A stretch of 64,000 nucleotides of DNA from Chthoniobacterales bacterium (GTDB lineage Bacteria > Verrucomicrobiota > Verrucomicrobiia > Chthoniobacterales > Chthoniobacteraceae): assembly GCA_038207335.1 (NCBI GenBank), contig JBBQZX010000007.1, positions 1-64,000 of the forward strand, read 5' to 3'. Position numbers and translations under genes: made by a program. Positions 57,924 to 64,000 of the stretch are shown here, in pieces (the first letter of the stretch is position 1; the number at the start of each line of letters is the position of its first letter). The notes beneath the pieces are model-generated. The model did not search any database, was not told where the DNA came from, and saw only the letters and a program-made list of their open reading frames with translations.

Positions 57924-60127
57924 TTCCGCTCCACTCGCAGCCGCAGGAAGCGCGGGCTGTCGGGCGATGCGGCCACATTATCCCGCACGACGATCGTCTC
58001 CGTCGTGCCCGTGGTGTGTGAAACTTCCGTCGTCACCGCGTTGCTCGGCATGCTCGCCGTGTCGGAGTAGGTCGAGCCGTCGGCCCAATTCTGCAAGTCG
58101 CTGCTCGCCTGCACGATGAACGTAAGGTCGGTGGCGCCCGCGTTTCTCGAAAAAGTCAGCGTAGCGAAATCCGTCCCATCGAGCACAGGCGCAGCGTCGG
58201 CGCGCGGGCTCAGCGGATCGGAGTTGTAGGCGAATTCCAGCAGATTCGAGATGCCGTCGCCGTCGGGGTCGGCATCACTCGCGGCCTGCGGTACGGTGAG
58301 GATCGCGCCGAATTTCGCCTTTCGCCACTGGTCGAATGGCGTCTCTCGGATCGTCACGAGCAGCGTCGCTGCACGGTCGATCACCGCGAGGCCAGTCGGG
58401 TTCGAGATCAAAATCCTAAAGTATTCGTCCACCTCGACGATCGAGTCGGAAAGGATCGGAATCCGAATGGTTCGCGGAGTGGAATCGCCCGCGGCCCAAT
58501 CGAACGTTCCGCTCATGGCCGTGTAATCCGTGCCCGCGCCCGCGGTGCCGTTGCCGGTCGCGAAGCTCACGCTCACCGGGTCGGAAAGGTCGCCGCTGCG
58601 GAGGATCGGGATGTCCACGAAGCCGGCTCGCTCGCTCACCGTCACGGTTCCGAATCCGAAATTCACCGCGCCACAACTGAAGGTGATTTCAAGCGCAGGA
58701 GGATTCGAAGCGGCCTCCGCCGACGCAAATATCCAGCGGGGCGCGCTCGTCGTCTGAATCGTCCAGCCGTCGTTTTCCGCCCCACTTTCCCATGAACGAA
58801 CCGCCACCGTGGCATCAAACGATGTCACCGACGTGAATCCCAATTCCGCGTTGGGGACTGCCGTGGCGTCCGACAGGATTGCAGCCTCCGAGTCGTCCGT
58901 CGAGACGCCCGCCGCGAGCGAATCCCATGTGCTCGAGTCGGACCACGGCCGGAGCATTCGGTGCATTCGCATCTTTCCCGCCGAACCCGTAGTCGTGCCG
59001 AGGAAAAGTTTCGCCGACTCGATGTTCACGCTTGCGGGAAGCTGCGATGGTGACGCACCGAAAAGGTCATCGAAACCGACCAGCGCCTGCACCCGTGCGC
59101 CCGTGCCGCCGGCCGGGGCGAGCGAGGTGGCGGTTTCGTTCGATGCAGCCGGCGACGCCTCCGAGATCGACGTGTCGTGCGTGCCCGCGTATCCGGCGAG
59201 ACCATTTTGAAAAACCCGCGTGTTCACCGGCAACTCGCCCGTAAAGACGCCGGTGAGTGGTTGCACCTCCGCCGAGCGGCCGGAATGCGCTAGCCCGAAA
59301 AGATCCTCCAGCGTGTGCAGGACATTGTGGATCGTCCAGCTCCCGGCGTTGAGCGTGCCGTCGCGCAGATTCGCGCCGTAGAAAATCGCCGGGATTCGAT
59401 TGGCCGTTTGAAAATTATCCTCGTCCCAAATGACAATAAGCAGGCTGTTGTGCGTCTTCGCCCACTCGGCATACGCGCTCACTCTTTGCGAGAGCCACGC
59501 GTCGCCGGACGCCACGCCGAAGTCGTGCATGTTGTTGGCATTGTTCGGGATGACGAAAGCCAGGGTCGGCAGCGTGTTGAAATTTGACGGGAACGTCCCA
59601 AACGTCTGGTGCAGCGATGGCGAAAGTTGGTTCGCGGCGAGAGCGCCCGTTTTCATCCAGTTCGTCCACGGGCAATGCCGCCGATAGTAGTAGCCGGCAG
59701 CCTCGGTCGTGATGTCACCAGCGGCGGGGAGGCTCTCGGAGTACGCCTTGAAAGTGCGGCCCGATGCGATCAGCGCGGCACCGAGATTCGGCGTTGAGAA
59801 CGGAGTACCGACGGCAGGCGAGTCACCTGTCACGCCTTGGTTGTCGCCAGAGAAAAACTCGTGGTAATTCGGCTGACTCGGGTGCGTCACCGAGCGCATG
59901 TTCGTAAAGGACACCCCGCCATTCGCGAGTGAGTTGATGTAAGGCGCGGCGGTGCTCCCGATGATCTGCCCGTAGCCTTCGTTCTCCTCGATCACCACGA
60001 CCAAATGATCGTAGCTCGGCAGCATCGCTTGCGCCGCGCCGCCCAGCATCCAGTAAGCCGCGAGCAGCGCCGCAGCCTGACATTTTCCAAAAACAACACC
60101 TCGGGGGAGCCTCATCGCGCGCTTCAT
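57920..60127 (-). CDS. Secreted acid phosphatase/phosphoesterase with DNRLRE-like, Calx-beta and PVC-type C-terminal domains
   Basis: DHLVVVIEEN, THPSQPNY, RHCPW, NMHD, WDED; FQNGLAGYAGTHDT; VSERAG...TAGAGTDY...VEVDEYF; DPDGDGISNLLEFA...FLRLRV. Start is uncertain. Confidence 0.85.
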   Translation of the reverse strand: MKRAMRLPRGVVFGKCQAAALLAAYWMLGGAAQAMLPSYDHLVVVIEENEGYGQIIGSTAAPYINSLANGGVSFTNMRSVTHPSQPNYHEFFSGDNQGVTGDSPAVGTPFSTPNLGAALIASGRTFKAYSESLPAAGDITTEAAGYYYRRHCPWTNWMKTGALAANQLSPSLHQTFGTFPSNFNTLPTLAFVIPNNANNMHDFGVASGDAWLSQRVSAYAEWAKTHNSLLIVIWDEDNFQTANRIPAIFYGANLRDGTLNAGSWTIHNVLHTLEDLFGLAHSGRSAEVQPLTGVFTGELPVNTRVFQNGLAGYAGTHDTSISEASPAASNETATSLAPAGGTGARVQALVGFDDLFGASPSQLPASVNIESAKLFLGTTTGSAGKMRMHRMLRPWSDSSTWDSLAAGVSTDDSEAAILSDATAVPNAELGFTSVTSFDATVAVRSWESGAENDGWTIQTTSAPRWIFASAEAASNPPALEITFSCGAVNFGFGTVTVSERAGFVDIPILRSGDLSDPVSVSFATGNGTAGAGTDYTAMSGTFDWAAGDSTPRTIRIPILSDSIVEVDEYFRILISNPTGLAVIDRAATLLVTIRETPFDQWRKAKFGAILTVPQAASDADPDGDGISNLLEFAYNSDPLSPRADAAPVLDGTDFATLTFSRNAGATDLTFIVQASSDLQNWADGSTYSDTASMPSNAVTTEVSHTTGTTETIVVRDNVAASPDSPRFLRLRVERN

Positions 60128-60237
60128 TTCCGCGCACGGTAAGAGCGAATTGTCGTGCCGCAACAAATGACGCAGCAGCCGGCGCGCCGACATTCCGTTT
60201 GCCTAGCTTTCGCGGCGCGCCGATAGTCCCGACCCTT

Positions 60238-61608
60238 ATGACTCTGACTGAAAAAATCCTCGCGCGCGCCAGCGGAAAATCGCGCGTCGAGGCCGGCGAC
60301 AACGTGTGGGTAAATGTGGACGTCCTCATGACGCACGACGTGTGCGGCCCAGGGACCATCGGCGTCTTCAAGCGCGAATTCGGCAACGACGCGAAGGTGT
60401 GGGACGCGCAGAAAGTCGTCATCATCCCCGACCACTACATTTTCACCGCCGACAGCATGTCGAACCGCAACGTGGACATCCTCCGCGACTTCGTGCGCGA
60501 GCAGCAGTTGCCCTATTTTTACGACGTCATCGACGACCCGAATGGCCACTGGCAATTCGACGCCAGCAAAGGCCTGCACGACCGCCAGCACGGCTCGAAA
60601 TACACCGGCGTCTGCCACACCACGCTCCCGTGGAAAGGCCACCTGCGGCCCGGCGAAATCCTCTTCGGCACCGACTCGCACACCTGCATGGCCGGCGCGT
60701 TCAATCAATTCGCCACCGGCATCGGGAATACAGACGCCGGCTTCATCCTCGGCACCGGCAAGCTGCTGATCAAAGTGCCGGAATCAATGCGCTTTTTCCT
60801 CGAGGGAAAAATGCAGCCCGGCGTCATGGCGAAAGACGTGATCCTGCATGTCATCGGCGACATCGGCTTCGACGGCGCGACCTACCGCGCGATGCAGTGG
60901 GAAGGCCCAGGCGTCAACGCGATGAACATGGACGACCGCATGACGATCGCGAACATGGCGATCGAGGCAGGGGGTAAAAATGCGATGTTTCCCTGCGACG
61001 AAAAGACCATCGAATACGTCAACGCGCGGACTGCCGAAAACGGCACGAAGAGCGACTTCGAGCCGGTCGAGCTCGATGCGGAGCAGACCTTCATCTACGA
61101 CAAAAAGTTCGACCTCTCCGCGCTCGAGCCGACCGTCGCGTGCCACCCCGACCCGGGCAATCGCCGGCTCGCGAAAGAGATGAGTGATGTCACACTCGAC
61201 CGCGCCTACATCGGCTCGTGCACGGGTGGAAAAACGAGCGACTTCCTGGCATTCGCGGAGGTCGTGCGCGGCAAGACCGTGAAGATCGACACCTTCGGAG
61301 TGCCCGCCACGACGAAAGTCGTGCAGGAACTCAAAGACATGCACGTCGATGGGAAAAGCGTCTGGTCCATCTTGGAAAGCGCCGGCGTCCGCATGACCGA
61401 AAACGCCTCCTGCGCCGCCTGCCTCGGTGGCCCCGTCGATACCTTTGGCCGCCTCAACACGCCGATGAAATGCATCAGCGCGACCAACCGAAATTTCCCC
61501 GGCCGCATGGGAAACAAGGAGAGCCAGGTCTTCCTCGCGAGTCCCTACACCGTCGCAGCCAGCGCCCTCACCGGCCACGTCACCGACCCGCGGGAATTTA
61601 TCAGCTAA
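60238..61608 (+). CDS. leuC: 3-isopropylmalate dehydratase large subunit (plant-like type)
   Basis: MTLTEKIL, MTHDVCGP, PDHYIF, GTDSHTC, IGSCTGG, CAACLGG, TNRNFPGRMG. Confidence 0.93.
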   Translation: MTLTEKILARASGKSRVEAGDNVWVNVDVLMTHDVCGPGTIGVFKREFGNDAKVWDAQKVVIIPDHYIFTADSMSNRNVDILRDFVREQQLPYFYDVIDDPNGHWQFDASKGLHDRQHGSKYTGVCHTTLPWKGHLRPGEILFGTDSHTCMAGAFNQFATGIGNTDAGFILGTGKLLIKVPESMRFFLEGKMQPGVMAKDVILHVIGDIGFDGATYRAMQWEGPGVNAMNMDDRMTIANMAIEAGGKNAMFPCDEKTIEYVNARTAENGTKSDFEPVELDAEQTFIYDKKFDLSALEPTVACHPDPGNRRLAKEMSDVTLDRAYIGSCTGGKTSDFLAFAEVVRGKTVKIDTFGVPATTKVVQELKDMHVDGKSVWSILESAGVRMTENASCAACLGGPVDTFGRLNTPMKCISATNRNFPGRMGNKESQVFLASPYTVAASALTGHVTDPREFIS

Positions 61609-61629
61609 TCCCGAGCCTCCAGCTCGGGA
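61609..61629. repeat. REP-like hairpin after leuC
   Basis: TCCCGAGC-CTCCA-GCTCGGGA. Confidence 0.55.
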
Positions 61630-61760
61630 CGATGGCGCCCAGAGGCTCGGCTTTCGTCGCGTCTTCGGGTGTCCGGGCGCGCATTGCGAATATCGCAATG
61701 ACGTTCCTTGCAAACGGGTCTGGCAATGCCTCGCGAGTTTTTGAGACTTCCACGCAAACG

Positions 61761-62222
61761 ATGCGACTGCCGATCTTCATGCTTTTCTGCTGCGCCGCGC
61801 TCGCCGCGTGCGCCACGAAAGCTCCAGTCCTGCCCGGCAGCAAATACATGGTGATCGTGGAAAAAACGCCCTTCTACAAATACGGCCCCGCGCAGACATT
61901 CGGTGCCGATTTTCAACTCCTGAAAGACCAGCGTGTGACGATGATCCAACGCTCCTTCGGCTACAGCCGCGTGATGACCGCCGACGGTGTCACCGGCTTC
62001 GTCCCGAGCGACGACCTCGGCCTCGCACCGCCCGAGCCCGTCGTCCGCGCCACACCCGCGCCGAAGTTCGGCGGCCTCTTCTCCGGCAAGCCAAAGCGCA
62101 GCAACGTCGAGTCCACTCCCGGCTCCCCGCTCTTCGACACCAGCGAATTTCCCGCCGCTCCCCTGCCCGACAAACCCGAGCCAAAAGGCCCGCCAAAACC
62201 CGCGCCAAGATTCCGTTTCTAA
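61761..62222 (+). CDS. Lipoprotein with SH3-like domain and Pro-rich tail
   Basis: LAAC lipobox; TPFYKYGPAQ...FGYSRV...GFVP; ends PRFRF. Confidence 0.75.
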   Translation: MRLPIFMLFCCAALAACATKAPVLPGSKYMVIVEKTPFYKYGPAQTFGADFQLLKDQRVTMIQRSFGYSRVMTADGVTGFVPSDDLGLAPPEPVVRATPAPKFGGLFSGKPKRSNVESTPGSPLFDTSEFPAAPLPDKPEPKGPPKPAPRFRF

Positions 62223-62253
62223 ACTCCGCCTGCGACGCTTTCTTCTCACCACT

Positions 62254-62802
62254 ATGTCCCACACCATCACCAGCCCCGTCTATGTCTGCGCCGACAACAT
62301 CGACACCGACCAGATCATCCCCGCGCAATACCTCACGCTCGTCCCAACCATCGCCGAGGAGTATGAAAAGCTCGGCAGCTACGCGCTGATCGGCCTTCCC
62401 GACCATCTCTACCCGACGCGTTTCGTGCCGGAAGGCGGGCTCAAGACGCCATATAAAATCGTGATCGCCGGCCGCAATTTCGGCTGCGGCAGTTCGCGCG
62501 AGCACGCCCCAATCGCGATGGGCGCCGCCGGCGTCCAGGCTGTCGTTGCCGATTCCTTCGCGCGCATCTTTTTCCGCAACTGCGTCGCGACCGGCGAACT
62601 CTATCCGTACGACACCCCCGAGCGCCTTTGCGACATCCTGAAAACCGGCGACGAAGCCACCCTCGACTTCGACAACGACACCCTCACCGCAAACGGCAAA
62701 ACCTACTCGCTCAAACCGCTCGGCGAAGTCCGTCCCGTCATCGACGCCGGCGGCATCTTCAACTACGCCCGCCAGTCCGGCATGATCGCGGCGAAGGCGT
62801 AG
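62254..62802 (+). CDS. leuD: 3-isopropylmalate dehydratase small subunit (plant-like type)
   Basis: DNIDTDQIIPA, NFGCGSSREHAP, SFARIFFRN, AGGIFNYA. Confidence 0.93.
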   Translation: MSHTITSPVYVCADNIDTDQIIPAQYLTLVPTIAEEYEKLGSYALIGLPDHLYPTRFVPEGGLKTPYKIVIAGRNFGCGSSREHAPIAMGAAGVQAVVADSFARIFFRNCVATGELYPYDTPERLCDILKTGDEATLDFDNDTLTANGKTYSLKPLGEVRPVIDAGGIFNYARQSGMIAAKA

Positions 62803-62820
62803 CGCCACCGGCGCGGCATC

Positions 62821-63633
62821 GTGAGCGAAAACAAACCGCGCCGCCGACAGCTCGACCTTTCGCTCGGCGAAGAGTCGCGCCAGCGTTTCAATGGCGGCGG
62901 ATTTCTCGGCGCAATCCGCCTCGATCATCCGCCGCGGGGGGACGAATACCCATTCGACATTCCCTCCATCCGCTCACTGGAGCGCATGGAATTTCATCCC
63001 GCTGTCACGTTCTTCATCGGCGAAAACGGTGCGGGAAAATCAACGCTCCTCGAAGCCATCGCGGTGAAAGCGCGATTCAGCGCGGAGGGCGGCTGGAAGC
63101 GCGGCGCGACCGACGACCTCGCCTCGGGTTCGAGCCTCGACCGCCACCTCACACTTGAGCGGCTGCACTATCCGACTGACGGCTGGTTTCTCCGCGCGGA
63201 GAGCTTTTATAATGTCGCAACCGAGATCAACGAACGCGGCATCGGGAGTGGCTACGGCGGCAAATCGCTCCACGCGCAATCGCATGGCGAGGCATTCCTC
63301 GCGCTTCTCACAAACCGTTTGCAAGGAGACGGGCTCTACCTTTTCGACGAACCCGAAGCCGCCCTCTCACCGCAGCGCCAACTCGCCGTGCTCACGCTTT
63401 TGCATCGGCTCGTCTATCACCGCAGCCAGCTCATCATCGCCACGCATTCGCCCATCCTCCTCGCGTATCCTCACGCGCGCATCTACGAATTCAGCGACCG
63501 GGGCATCCGCGAAGTCGCCTACACGGAGACTGAGCATTTCCGCGTAACTCGCGACTTTCTCACCTCCCACGAGCGCATTCTCGACCTGCTCCTCCGCGAA
63601 GAAGAAGCCGACCTCCGCCGCACGGAGCGGTGA
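62821..63633 (+). CDS. ABC/AAA-type ATPase (COG3910-like)
   Basis: GENGAGKST, FLRAESF, SHGEAF, LFDEPEAALSP, IATHSPILL. Confidence 0.85.
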   Translation: MSENKPRRRQLDLSLGEESRQRFNGGGFLGAIRLDHPPRGDEYPFDIPSIRSLERMEFHPAVTFFIGENGAGKSTLLEAIAVKARFSAEGGWKRGATDDLASGSSLDRHLTLERLHYPTDGWFLRAESFYNVATEINERGIGSGYGGKSLHAQSHGEAFLALLTNRLQGDGLYLFDEPEAALSPQRQLAVLTLLHRLVYHRSQLIIATHSPILLAYPHARIYEFSDRGIREVAYTETEHFRVTRDFLTSHERILDLLLREEEADLRRTER

Positions 63634-63647
63634 GCTTTCAGCGACGA

Positions 63648-63675
63648 TTGACACACCGGCGCGGCTCGCTACTCT
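63648..63675 (+). promoter_or_regulatory. Putative sigma70 promoter of ilvC
   Basis: TTGACA-N16-TACTCT, 12 nt upstream of the ATG. Confidence 0.45.
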
Positions 63676-63687
63676 GCGCGCCCCTTT

Positions 63688-64000
63688 ATGCCTGCAAAAA
63701 TCTACACCGACAAAGACGCTGACCTCAAAAACCTCAAAGGCAAGACCTGCGCCGTCATCGGCTTCGGCTCGCAAGGCCATGCCCACGCGCTCAATTTGAA
63801 AGAGTCCGGCGTGAAGGTGATCATCGGACTTTATCCCACGAGCAAGTCGCGGAAAGTCGCTGAGGAAAAGGGCTTCGAGGTCGTCGATACGGCGGAGGCG
63901 GTGAAGCGCGGCGACGTGATTTTCGTCGCGGTGCCCGACACAAAAATCCCCGCTGTCTATAACAAGGACATCGCGCCGAATCTCACGAAGGGGAAAACGC
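63688..64000 (+). CDS. ilvC: Ketol-acid reductoisomerase (partial, runs off the window)
   Basis: Hand translation: MPAKIYTDKDADLKNLKGKTCAVIGFGSQGHAHALNLKESGVKVIIGL...AVPD. Confidence 0.93.
   Translation, partial: MPAKIYTDKDADLKNLKGKTCAVIGFGSQGHAHALNLKESGVKVIIGLYPTSKSRKVAEEKGFEVVDTAEAVKRGDVIFVAVPDTKIPAVYNKDIAPNLTKGKT

Noticed and set aside
62821..63633. ATPase as part of an anti-phage system (Gabija/Septu/PARIS-like)
   Set aside because: No nuclease, TOPRIM or effector partner is adjacent and the context is housekeeping.

Overview
GC-rich bacterial chromosomal window. Gene content (PSD1/planctomycete cytochrome c protein, DUF1800/DUF1501 pair, H-X9-DG-type prepilin, plant-type LeuCD, Amuc_1098-like secretin fragments) points to the PVC superphylum, most likely Verrucomicrobiota; this is an inference from motif recognition, and no database search was run. 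Most of the window is housekeeping and envelope genes: U32 peptidase, leuA, yajQ, lolC/E, rdgB, leuS, split pta, nifS/iscS, moxR, two-component genes, tgt, SUI1, two hsp20, pilC/gspF, ribD, leuC, leuD and a partial ilvC. It also holds a 3.9-kaa filamentous-haemagglutinin-family exoprotein. I found no rRNA, tRNA, CRISPR array or transposase. Best candidates for undescribed biology: (1) a GcvH-like lipoyl carrier + G3E metallochaperone GTPase + HdrA-N-like Cys protein + 2[4Fe-4S] ferredoxin module near a cysteine desulfurase; (2) three tandem 'mini-secretin' paralogs, the third frameshifted; (3) an unannotated Leu-rich leader peptide with alternative hairpins upstream of leuA; (4) an in-frame palindromic insertion in leuS; (5) a two-copy heptamer (TTTAGGA) inverted-repeat element between divergent genes; (6) a sigma54/IHF-like promoter and RBS-proximal hairpin upstream of the hsp20 pair; (7) an orphan dltB in a likely diderm.
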